Origin: an uncultured Gemmatimonadaceae bacterium
GTDB lineage: Bacteria > Gemmatimonadota > Gemmatimonadetes > Gemmatimonadales > Gemmatimonadaceae
Assembly: GCA_964467195.1 (NCBI GenBank)
Contig: CAYXRS010000002.1
Location: 2,276 to 66,275 of the forward strand
Direction: 5' to 3'
DNA length: 64,000 nt
The notes below the pieces were generated by a model. That model was not told the DNA's origin, made no database searches, and saw only the letters and a program-made list of their open reading frames with translations. The position numbers and the translations under genes are program-made. Below are positions 17,958 to 26,415 of this stretch, piece by piece. Position 1 is the stretch's first letter. The number at the start of each line of letters is the position of its first letter.

Positions 17958-18081
17958 GGGTGGAGGTCGCCCGGAGCAGCAACTCGTGGCGGCGATCGAC
18001 TGGGCGGCAACCATGTCGCGGTGCAGTTGGTCCAACCGAGTGACTGCTGTCGTCCTCCAGTAACCAGGGACATCTTACAGG

Positions 18082-19473
18082 ATGCGACTCGAGCTCGGCA
18101 CCTCGGCGATCATCGTCCTCGTTGCGGCGGTGACCGAGTCTCCAGCGCAGGATCTGGAGCGCGCACTTGCCGTCGAACGCGAGGTGCAGCGGCTGGGCAC
18201 TGCGCGGGTGCTCTGGCCCGGCTTCGACCCAACGATGGTTCCTCTCGCTATCTTCACGGGGGAGCAAACATTTCTCTTCCGTCATCCATCGCCGCCTGAA
18301 GGTTTCACTCCGGGTGGCGGCATACCAGCTGGCGTGCACGTTTTCGCGGGCAGGCATCCGGCGGTCACCGCGAATACGAGCGCCGACATCGGCGGTTCGT
18401 CCACCGCAACGCTTCTAGCTGACCGCTCCCGCGGCAGCCGCTCACCCACCGCGCTTGCGGCTACCGCGATTCACGAGGCCTTCCACGTATTCCAGCGCGC
18501 GCACCACCCTGGCTGGGCCGCCAATGAGGGCGCCCTTTTCCTCTATCCGGCTGAGGACGCGCGGCTGCTGGCTCTGCGGCGGCTCGAGACGTCGGCACTC
18601 CGCCGCGCCGTGGCCGGCGAATCCGGCGGCGCGGCATGTTGGGCACGTTGGGCGCTGGAGATCAGGCGCCAGCGCTTCAGCAGCATGGATACCGCGTACT
18701 CCAGCTACGAGCGGCTCAACGAGCTGAACGAAGGGCTCGCCACGTACGTTCAGCTGCTGGCTGCCGGTGAAACGACCGTCGATATCCCTATCGCTGGATT
18801 CCCGGCGACTGAGGTGCGCGCCCGCACCTACACAATCGGTCCAGCGCTCGCGTTCCTCCTCGATCGGTTCAACCCCGGCTGGAAGGCCGCACTCACTACC
18901 GATGACGGGCAATATCTCGACGCGATGCTCGCCTCGGCGGTCGCGGAAGAATCAGACGGCGGTGCGACGTGCGCGTTCACTGCGGCGGAGCGTACGTCCG
19001 TCGAACAGACAGCGCAGCGGGACGCAGGTGCGGTGCTCGAAAGGCGAGTAGAGCTCCTCCGCGCGTTCGAGGCGCGGCCCGGCTGGCGCCTGGTGGTGCA
19101 AACCGCGCACGGAACACCGCTTTTGCTTCAAGGTTTCGACCCACTCAACGTCGAGCGTGTTGAAGGCGGTCTTCTGCACACACGTCTCCTTCAGCTGGGG
19201 AATGACGGTGGCGAGATTCGAGTTGTCGACGAAGCGGGAGCAGACATGGAGAGCCTTACCTGGGGACTCGGGCCGCACCCGCTGTTCAACGGAGTGGTAC
19301 GCGTAGTAGTTGCGGGAGTCGCACAACCGCAAATCGAGAGCGACGGTAGCTGGGTGAGAATACGCGCTTCCGGCCTGGAGGCACGATTCGACAACGCCAG
19401 CGTGACCGTGAATGGCACGGAGGTCATCGTGCACCTCGAACGGCCCAAGGGAGCCTCCAAAAGCCGTCCTTGA
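18082..19473 (+). CDS. secreted protein with HExxH motif (putative zinc metallopeptidase, family unknown)
   Basis: N-terminal hydrophobic signal. AIHEAFHVFQ (HExxH), with a downstream NELNEGLATYV as a possible third ligand. Confidence 0.45.
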   Translation: MRLELGTSAIIVLVAAVTESPAQDLERALAVEREVQRLGTARVLWPGFDPTMVPLAIFTGEQTFLFRHPSPPEGFTPGGGIPAGVHVFAGRHPAVTANTSADIGGSSTATLLADRSRGSRSPTALAATAIHEAFHVFQRAHHPGWAANEGALFLYPAEDARLLALRRLETSALRRAVAGESGGAACWARWALEIRRQRFSSMDTAYSSYERLNELNEGLATYVQLLAAGETTVDIPIAGFPATEVRARTYTIGPALAFLLDRFNPGWKAALTTDDGQYLDAMLASAVAEESDGGATCAFTAAERTSVEQTAQRDAGAVLERRVELLRAFEARPGWRLVVQTAHGTPLLLQGFDPLNVERVEGGLLHTRLLQLGNDGGEIRVVDEAGADMESLTWGLGPHPLFNGVVRVVVAGVAQPQIESDGSWVRIRASGLEARFDNASVTVNGTEVIVHLERPKGASKSRP

Positions 19474-19620
19474 GGGCGCCATGGACCGCTCTCGACGGGC
19501 TGCCCAGGAATCTCCGGTAACCGGCCCCTGCAGAAAACCCGCGTGGCTGCGTATCGTTCTGGGGTGGAACACACCAGCGCGACGGTCGCGTCGTTCGCGA
19601 ACCCCCATCGCATCGGAGCA

Positions 19621-20298
19621 TTGAGTACCCGCCTGGCCGTCGCCCTGCTGGTCATGGTGGCAGCCAACGCCTGTGGCAGTGCCGCCCGATCGACTCCGGA
19701 GGCCAGCCCGCAGCCGGTGCTCGACTCGGTCGCCGAGCTCGAGGCGCTCTACCGCGCCCGGACTGACAGCAGCCGGATGCGTTTCACCGAGGCCGACGTC
19801 CGCTTCATGACCACGATGATCGCTCACCACGCTCAGGCCCTGGTGATGGCGCTTCTGGCTCCCACTCATGGTGCCAGCGGGTCCGTCCAGACATTGGCAG
19901 CGCGAATCATCAATGCCCAGGAGGATGAGATCGCGACCATGCAACAGTGGCTCCGCGATCGCGGTCAACCCGTTCCGGAGGTGCATCTGGTGGGCACGAC
20001 GATCATGATGCACGGCTCGGATCACGACATGCACATGCCAGGGATGCTCACGCCCGAGCAGATTCATGAGCTCGACCAGGCGAGAGGGCCGCAGTTCGAC
20101 CGGCTCTTCCTGACCTACATGATCCAGCACCACCGCGGCGCCGTGATCATGGTTCACGACCTCTTCAGCACGGACGGCGCAGGACAGGATGAGGCGGTGT
20201 TCAAGTTTGCCTCGGATGTCCAGGTGGATCAAAGCACCGAGATCGCCCGCATGGAGCTCATGCTGGGGTCGCTGCCGGCGGAGAGCGGGAGCCCGTGA
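19621..20298 (+). CDS. DUF305-family lipoprotein (four-helix, metal/copper-associated family)
   Basis: Duplicated DUF305 motifs DVRFMTTMIAHHAQALVMA and FDRLFLTYMIQHHRGAVIMV. An in-frame TTG at 19621 gives a lipoprotein signal (STRLAVALLVMVAANAC). The track start 19543 is the alternative. Confidence 0.7.
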   Translation: MSTRLAVALLVMVAANACGSAARSTPEASPQPVLDSVAELEALYRARTDSSRMRFTEADVRFMTTMIAHHAQALVMALLAPTHGASGSVQTLAARIINAQEDEIATMQQWLRDRGQPVPEVHLVGTTIMMHGSDHDMHMPGMLTPEQIHELDQARGPQFDRLFLTYMIQHHRGAVIMVHDLFSTDGAGQDEAVFKFASDVQVDQSTEIARMELMLGSLPAESGSP

Positions 20299-20357
20299 GC
20301 TCCTCCACGCAAACTCTCTAGCAGCCATACTCCTCCCATTGAACACAGGAAATCGTC

Positions 20358-22373
20358 ATGGCCTTCGCAGCCCAGCGTCGACGTGCAATCGCACGGCCCG
20401 CCGCTCTGTCCTTGTCTTGTGGTTTCGCCGCAGCGCTGCTTGGCGCGGCTGCTTGCGCTCCCTCGATGGCCACATCGGGTCCGGCCACTCCCGCACCAAG
20501 CATGTCCACGTCGGCCCCAGACCCGGACCCCCGCGTCGGCCTTGGCGCGGGACTGTTCGACGCCGAAGAGGCAGTTTGGAACCTGCGCGTGGTGTCGACC
20601 ACACCGCCGCCGAGGGAGTTCGTCGGTCAGACCAACTCCGATCTGGCGTTCACTGGCAACTACGCCATTCAGGGTAGCTACCATGGCTTTCAGGTCTGGG
20701 ACATCTCCAATCCCGGCCAGCCGGTGCTCGCCAGGGGATTCGTGTGTCCGGCATCGCAGAGCGATGTCTCGGTCTACAAGAATCTCCTTTTCGTCTCCGG
20801 TGAGGGGCTTGGCGGCCGGCTGGACTGCGGCACGCAGGGAGTGCGATCAGCGGTAAGCGCGGACCGCCTGCGCGGCATCCGCATATTCGACATCAGCGAC
20901 ATCCGTAGCCCGGAGTACATCGCCAACGTCCAGACCTGCCGCGGATCGCACACACACACCGTGCTGGCAGATCCGAAGGACCAGGAAAACGTCTACATCT
21001 ACGTCTCCGGGTCCGCTGGCGTACGTCCCGAGGCCGAGCTCCCGGGCTGTTCCGGCGCCCCGCCGGACGAGGACCCGAACACCGCGCTGTTCCGGATCGA
21101 GGTGATCAAGGTGCCGCTCGCCCACCCGGAGCAGGCAGTCGTTGTGAGCTCGCCACGCATCTTCTCCGACCTCGTCGCACCGCCGCGTCATGGACTGGCA
21201 CCGGAGGACCGCGCCGCCCTCGACCAGGCGCGGGCGCGAGGTGCCTTCGTGGTGGAAATCGGCAGCGACGCCTTCGTGCTCCCGAGCCGCATGGTGGCGG
21301 GCAAACTGGACAGCGTGGTCAAGGCCCGGGGCGGCAGCGGCGCCCCGACGGCGGCTGACAGCGCCGCGTTGCGCGCCGACATCCCGAGAATGGCCGAGCG
21401 AATGGCGGGAGAGCGTGCAGCCGGGCCCCGGCCCGGCCCAACTCAGTGCCACGACATCACGGTGTATCCAGCCATCGGGCTGGCGGGGGGCGCGTGCGAA
21501 GGCTACGGGCTCCTGCTCGACATCAGCGACCCCATCAATCCAAAGCGCATCGGCGCCGTCAGCGATTCGAACTTCTCGTACTGGCATTCGGCAACGTTCA
21601 ACAACGACGGCACCAAGATCCTGTTCAGCGACGAGTGGGGCGGCGGCGGGCAGCCGAAATGTCGCGCCACCGACCCCATGGAATGGGGTGCGAACGCGAT
21701 CTTCACCATCGAGAACCGACAGATGCGGTTCAAGAGCTACTACAAGATGCCGGCGCCCCAGACCTCACTGGAGAACTGCGTGGCACATAACGGATCGTTG
21801 ATTCCGATCCCTGGGCGCGACGTAATGGTGCAGTCGTGGTACCAGGGCGGCATCTCGATCTTCGACTGGACTGACGCGTCGAATCCGGTGGAGATCGCCT
21901 TCCACGACCGGGGCCCGTCCGACGCAAGACAGATGGGTAATGCCGGAAGCTGGTCGGTATACTGGTACAACGGAGTGATGGTGAGCTCGGAGATCGGGCG
22001 TGGTCTGGACATCTTCGAGTTGGTGCCAAGCGCATTCGTCTCACAGAACGAGATCGACGCGGCGAATTCGGTGAAGCTCGATTACCTGAACGCTCAGGGA
22101 CAGCCGCAATTCGTTTGGCCCGCCACCTTCGCGCTGGCGCGCGCATATGTCGATCAGCTCGAGCGGTCGAACGGGCTGTCGGCCAGTCGGATCTCGTCCG
22201 TGCGTCAGGAGCTCACGAGAGCCGAGAGGGCCTCCGGCGCGGCGCGCCGTCAGGCGTTGGCCAGCCTGGCCGCGCAGCTCGATGGCGAGGCCGGCTCGTC
22301 CGGCGGCAACGCAAAGGTTCGGATGCTGGCGGACGCCGTGCGCAACCTGGCGTCGGAGAGCCCATCGGACTGA
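20358..22373 (+). CDS. LVIVD-repeat-like beta-propeller lipoprotein
   Basis: Lipobox LLGAAAC. Contains DLAFTGNYAIQGSYHGFQVWDISNPGQPV and similar units (LLLDISDPINPKRIG, ISIFDWTDASNPVEI). Confidence 0.55.
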   Translation: MAFAAQRRRAIARPAALSLSCGFAAALLGAAACAPSMATSGPATPAPSMSTSAPDPDPRVGLGAGLFDAEEAVWNLRVVSTTPPPREFVGQTNSDLAFTGNYAIQGSYHGFQVWDISNPGQPVLARGFVCPASQSDVSVYKNLLFVSGEGLGGRLDCGTQGVRSAVSADRLRGIRIFDISDIRSPEYIANVQTCRGSHTHTVLADPKDQENVYIYVSGSAGVRPEAELPGCSGAPPDEDPNTALFRIEVIKVPLAHPEQAVVVSSPRIFSDLVAPPRHGLAPEDRAALDQARARGAFVVEIGSDAFVLPSRMVAGKLDSVVKARGGSGAPTAADSAALRADIPRMAERMAGERAAGPRPGPTQCHDITVYPAIGLAGGACEGYGLLLDISDPINPKRIGAVSDSNFSYWHSATFNNDGTKILFSDEWGGGGQPKCRATDPMEWGANAIFTIENRQMRFKSYYKMPAPQTSLENCVAHNGSLIPIPGRDVMVQSWYQGGISIFDWTDASNPVEIAFHDRGPSDARQMGNAGSWSVYWYNGVMVSSEIGRGLDIFELVPSAFVSQNEIDAANSVKLDYLNAQGQPQFVWPATFALARAYVDQLERSNGLSASRISSVRQELTRAERASGAARRQALASLAAQLDGEAGSSGGNAKVRMLADAVRNLASESPSD

Positions 22374-22404
22374 AAGTCCTGACCGCGGCAATCCACTCGT
22401 GAAC

Positions 22405-22435
22405 GCCGGGCCGGCACCTCCCATGTGCCGGCCCG
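22405..22435. terminator. perfect 12-bp GC hairpin between convergent genes
   Basis: CCGGGCCGGCAC, loop CTCCCAT, then GTGCCGGCCCGG. There is no clear U-tract, so function is inferred from position only. Confidence 0.45.
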
Positions 22436-22519
22436 GGCGCGCTCGAGCACATGACGTTGCGACCGATGCATCTCGTCATGAAGGGAATGCGATCTGGGCC
22501 GGTTGAGCAGTCGTTTCAC

Positions 22520-23431
22520 TCAGCGAGAGTTGTTCACGCTCACGCTTGCCTGGCCGCTCTTTCCGCCCACGGTTGCGGTGATCACCGCGTTACCGGGACG
22601 AAGTGCGGTCACGAGCCCCGTCTGAGTCACGTGCGCGATCGTCACGTCGCTGCTCCGCCAGGTTGCGCTCGTAACGGAGAGCTCCTTTCCCTGCGCATCG
22701 TATGCGCGCACGCGAAGCTGGGCGCGCTCCAGGTTGCGCGCGCTGATCTGAATGGCGTCGGGAACGACCTCCACGCGGTGAACCTCTGGTGGTGACGACG
22801 GAGGCGGCGGTGGTGGGGCTGGAGGCGAAGCGGCCGCCCGCACGGTGATGGACGATGTCCCCTCCTTTCCCTCTACCGTCGCCGTGATCGTAGCCTTGCC
22901 CGGCGCTCGTGCGGTCACCATGCCGCTGGATGAGACCGTCGCCACTGAGGAAGCGCTCGTCGACCAGCTCACGTCGCGATCCTCCAGCTCGGAGCCGTCG
23001 GCGGCACGCGTGCTGGCGCGGAGTTGGGCCGTCTCCCCCACCAGCAGTTCAGGCTGCCCTGGAGTCACCGACACCGTCGCCACAGCGGGACGAATGACGG
23101 TGATCCTCGAGATGGCGCTCTTCCCCTCCGCGCTGACAGCGATCTGCGCTTGCCCGACGGCGCGCGCGGTTACCACACCGGTGGAGCTGACGGTGGCAAT
23201 CCTCTCGTCGTTCGACGCCCAGAACATCTGCCGGCCTGGCTTCGGCTTGCCCGCCGTGTCGAGAGCGAACGCCTCGAGGGAAAGAGTCGCGCCTGTCTCG
23301 AGGGTTGCGCTCTCCGGGTCCACCACCACCAAGGTGATCGGTTCGCGGCTCACCTCCGTGGGTGAGCCGCTGCACGACAACGACAGAGCGATGATCGGAA
23401 GTGACCAGCAACCGCGAAACGAACTGACCAT
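22520..23431 (-). CDS. lipoprotein with three bacterial Ig-like (Big_2) domains
   Basis: Lipobox LSLSCSG. Three repeats of the pattern ...SSNxxIATVSSTGxVTAxAxGxAxIxA..., joined by a Pro-rich linker PPAPPPPPPSSPP. Confidence 0.75.
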   Translation of the reverse strand: MVSSFRGCWSLPIIALSLSCSGSPTEVSREPITLVVVDPESATLETGATLSLEAFALDTAGKPKPGRQMFWASNDERIATVSSTGVVTARAVGQAQIAVSAEGKSAISRITVIRPAVATVSVTPGQPELLVGETAQLRASTRAADGSELEDRDVSWSTSASSVATVSSSGMVTARAPGKATITATVEGKEGTSSITVRAAASPPAPPPPPPSSPPEVHRVEVVPDAIQISARNLERAQLRVRAYDAQGKELSVTSATWRSSDVTIAHVTQTGLVTALRPGNAVITATVGGKSGQASVSVNNSR

Positions 23432-23608
23432 CTACTGCCCCACACGTCGCGAGGTACGCCCGTCTTTTCGTGCGTGGCGTCGCGACACGCACGGCGCTCC
23501 GCACCAGTCGAGGTGCGCGCGCTGAGTCGGTAGGCGCAACCTTCGTTCCGGCGACAGGTGAGTGACGCCAGCAGGTCACAGCCGCTCGTCGTCAGTCTGC
23601 AGCCGCGG

Positions 23609-24553
23609 TCACGGATCGCGGCGCATTTGGGCTGACAGCTCGCCAAGCGTGGCGGCCACTCTGACGCCCATGGCCGAGAGCTCCGTGGCGAGCACTCTGG
23701 CGCCCGCCCCGCCAGCGAGCACCGTTACGCGCGCGGGCAGACGCGCTCGCAATGCACGAAGCTCCTCGAGCACGTGGTCGCGGTCAGCCACATAGACCAC
23801 GCTCAACGCCACCAGGCCAGCATCGGAGGCAATTGCCGCGGCCGCGATGTCCTCGGCCGGGAGATCGGCGCCGAGGTAGATCACGTTCCACCCCTCCACG
23901 GCGGCGGTCGCACCGGCGAGAACGGCCCCGGTGACATGACGTTCGCCTGCCGTCGTAGCAACGATGATTCGCGGCGCGCCATCTCGCTGCGGGAAGGTGC
24001 GCATCATGTTGGCAGCCACGTCGTGCAGCACCGACGATGCGAGGTGCTCGTGCGCGGGAGTGAGACGACCAGCGTGCCACTCGTCGCCAACCAGGCCGAG
24101 CAGCGGTGCGGCCACCGTCTCGAGGAACACCGGCGCACCCAGCACTGCGGCCGCGCGACGCATGCTCTCATCGAGGCGGGCCGAGTCGAGAGAGCGGATC
24201 ATGTCGAGCGCGCCGCTCACGGCCCTGGCCGCGTCGAGGGTGCCCGATGGAACGTCGCCGCGACTCTCTCTTTGGACGAGCGCTGCGGCATCCTCGTCGA
24301 CGAGCCGGCCCAATTCCTCGGTTGTGAGCCGCACTACCTGGCTGATGCTACGGCCGGCTCGGGTGGCAGCGTGCAGCAGGCGAAGACGCTCGATGTCGTC
24401 GTCGCCGTAGAGGCGCTGTCCGCCGTCCCCGCGGCCTGGATGCACCGCGCCGTACCGTCGCTCCCACACGCGGAGCACGTCCTGAGAGAGGCCTGTGCGC
24501 TGCGCCACTACGCCAATCGGGTGTCGTGGGACCTTCCCTGGGTGCTCGCTCAT
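23609..24553 (-). CDS. carH: MerR-family, cobalamin-binding light-responsive regulator (CarH/LitR type)
   Basis: Start at the internal ATG 24553-24551 (MSEHPGKVPRHPIGVVAQRTGLSQDVLRVWERRYG is a MerR HTH). WHAGRLTPAHEH matches W-x9-E-H. IIVATTAGERHVTGAVL matches the E-x-H-x-x-G B12 lower-ligand motif. A Rossmann-like B12 domain lies at the C-terminus. Confidence 0.8.
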   Translation of the reverse strand: MSEHPGKVPRHPIGVVAQRTGLSQDVLRVWERRYGAVHPGRGDGGQRLYGDDDIERLRLLHAATRAGRSISQVVRLTTEELGRLVDEDAAALVQRESRGDVPSGTLDAARAVSGALDMIRSLDSARLDESMRRAAAVLGAPVFLETVAAPLLGLVGDEWHAGRLTPAHEHLASSVLHDVAANMMRTFPQRDGAPRIIVATTAGERHVTGAVLAGATAAVEGWNVIYLGADLPAEDIAAAAIASDAGLVALSVVYVADRDHVLEELRALRARLPARVTVLAGGAGARVLATELSAMGVRVAATLGELSAQMRRDP

Positions 24554-24571
24554 GAGAACGAGAGTCGCACA

Positions 24572-24660
24572 TTGTCCAAGATTTGTCAAGATAGGTAATT
24601 GGACATCGACTTGACAAACGGCCCTCCGCCCGCCATCATCCTTGGACAGACGCTGGACAG
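24572..24660. promoter_or_regulatory. divergent promoter region with six TGTCCAAG-like repeats in 11-bp-phased pairs (putative CarH operator)
   Basis: Top strand: TTGTCCAAG 24572-24580 and TTGTCAAG 24583-24590. Bottom strand: ATGTCCAA (24599-24606), TTGTCAAG (24610-24617), CTGTCCAAG (24641-24649) and CTGTCCAGC (24652-24660). TTGACA hexamers occur on both strands. Confidence 0.5.
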
Positions 24661-24764
24661 GACGTTCCAGGCACCGGCAGCCCTTCGCCGAGATGGGGAT
24701 GGGGCGGCCAATCGGCTGGGACGCACGACGCCAGGCTCGCTCAACAACCATCGGAGAACTGCTC

Positions 24765-25313
24765 ATGAAACCGTTTCTGACGCTGGCAACTTTGACCGCG
24801 CTGCTTGCTTCGCCACTCGCCGCGCAGCAGCCCACCCCGCGAGTCTTTCTCGAGGGGCGCGGCGGTGCGGTCGTTCCCACCTTCGACATTTCCGACGTGG
24901 CGACTGCGGGGAGCGCATTCGGCGGCACGATTGGCTACCAGGCGAACCCCCGCTGGGTGCTGATGGGTGAATTCGATTACGGCAGGCATGAGGACAAGGC
25001 CACCGAAACGGTGGACATCAACACGCTTCACTACATGGCCAAAGTCGGATACTCTCTCACGGGCCCGCGTGAACGCGGCTGGGAAGCGCTGGTGAACCTT
25101 GGTGCGGGGGCAGTGAGCTTCGACGTCGACGGCGTCGAGACCTTCACCTATTTTGCGATCAACGCGGGGGCGAAGCTGGCCTACAACTTCAGCCGGTCAG
25201 TGGCGTTCGTGCTCTCACCCCAGGGCGACATCGCCTTCAGCAAGGAGAGCGAGGTGGGAACTACGAACGCATGGGTGTGGCCAGTCACCGCCGGTTTGCG
25301 CCTGAGGTTCTGA
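24765..25313 (+). CDS. small outer-membrane beta-barrel protein (182 aa)
   Basis: Internal ATG 24765. Signal peptide MKPFLTLATLTALLASPLAAQQ. C-terminal ...TAGLRLRF. Confidence 0.65.
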   Translation: MKPFLTLATLTALLASPLAAQQPTPRVFLEGRGGAVVPTFDISDVATAGSAFGGTIGYQANPRWVLMGEFDYGRHEDKATETVDINTLHYMAKVGYSLTGPRERGWEALVNLGAGAVSFDVDGVETFTYFAINAGAKLAYNFSRSVAFVLSPQGDIAFSKESEVGTTNAWVWPVTAGLRLRF

Positions 25314-25640
25314 CCTGTTCTTGGCGGCGGTCGGCTTCGAGAATCGGAGCCGCTCGGAGGAGACCGGAGCCGGCGCCGGTCGGGCCGGTAGCGGACACCG
25401 CGCCGCACCGGCTCCCTCCGACCGCCAGAGCGAGGACACCCACCGCCGCGTGGTAGATCATCAGCGAAGGTGGCGGCATTGGCGGTGAGTGCGACGGCGA
25501 GCTCGAAGCGGAGCCGATTCTTCCATGGCCAGCATCAGCAGTTCCCCCAGCGGCTGACCGGGGACCCCCGACAGACATCCCCAAGCAGGAGATCGAGCTT
25601 AATCACGAGCGCCTGAGTTTTTCGACTTCCATGAGCCGCA

Positions 25641-26396
25641 ATGACTCCTGAAACAGCTGGAGAAACGACCGGGAACACGGGTCGCGGGTCGGGAGACGCC
25701 GTCTTCGAGGCACGTGGCATCACCAAGGTATATCAGATGGGCGAAGTGCAGGTGCACGCGCTGCGCCACGCGGATCTGGATCTCTACGCCGGTGAGTTCA
25801 TGGTGCTGCTCGGCGCATCGGGGAGCGGCAAGTCGACGCTGCTCAATATTCTCGGAGGGCTGGACGTGCCCACAGACGGTACGGTCTGGTTCAGGAACCA
25901 GAATCTTACCGAGGCGGACGATGCCGAGCTGACGCGCTACCGGCGTGACCACGTCGGATTCGTGTTCCAGTTCTACAATCTGATTCCCAGCCTCACTGCC
26001 CGGGAGAACGTTTCGCTGGTGACGGAGATCGCCCGCGATCCGATGACGCCCGAGGAAGCGTTGGGAATCGTAGGCCTGGGCGAGCGGCTGGATCACTTCC
26101 CGGCACAGCTCTCCGGCGGCGAGCAGCAGCGCGTCGCCATCGCCCGCGCCATTGCCAAGCAGCCGGACGTGCTGCTCTGCGATGAGCCAACCGGCGCACT
26201 GGACTCGCAAACAGGACGGATCGTCCTTCGCGCGCTCGCCCGGGTGAACGAGGAGCTCGGCACGACCACCGCAGTGATAACGCACAACGCTCCGATCGCC
26301 GCCATGGCCGACCGGGTGGTGCGCATTGCCGACGGCCGGATCGTGGAAGAGCACCGCAACGAGAAGAAGTTGGAGCCGGAGGAGCTCGAGTGGTGA
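25641..26396 (+). CDS. ABC transporter ATP-binding protein (MacB/LolD-type)
   Basis: Walker [10 protein letters not shown], signature LSGGEQQR, Walker B LLCDEPT. Confidence 0.9.
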   Translation: MTPETAGETTGNTGRGSGDAVFEARGITKVYQMGEVQVHALRHADLDLYAGEFMVLLGASGSGKSTLLNILGGLDVPTDGTVWFRNQNLTEADDAELTRYRRDHVGFVFQFYNLIPSLTARENVSLVTEIARDPMTPEEALGIVGLGERLDHFPAQLSGGEQQRVAIARAIAKQPDVLLCDEPTGALDSQTGRIVLRALARVNEELGTTTAVITHNAPIAAMADRVVRIADGRIVEEHRNEKKLEPEELEW

Positions 26397-26415
26397 CGCA
26401 ACCGGGACGCAGTCG

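Noticed and set aside
23609-24928. Full 439-aa version of the MerR/B12 ORF, and the long 5' extensions of track ORFs 24642, 26326, 9219, 32589, 37278, 41356..42729, 44538..45710, 47007, 49787, 55013, 57361 and 61830..63077
   Set aside because: The extensions are compositionally junk and overlap neighbouring genes or promoters. Internal starts give proper signal peptides, HTH N-termini or ATGA/GTGA coupling.
25314-25640. Small ORF 25285..25584 (-) in the gap before the ABC transporter
   Set aside because: A hand tally of G/C by codon position over 25381-25440 showed no three-base periodicity (16, 16 and 15 of 20), consistent with non-coding DNA.
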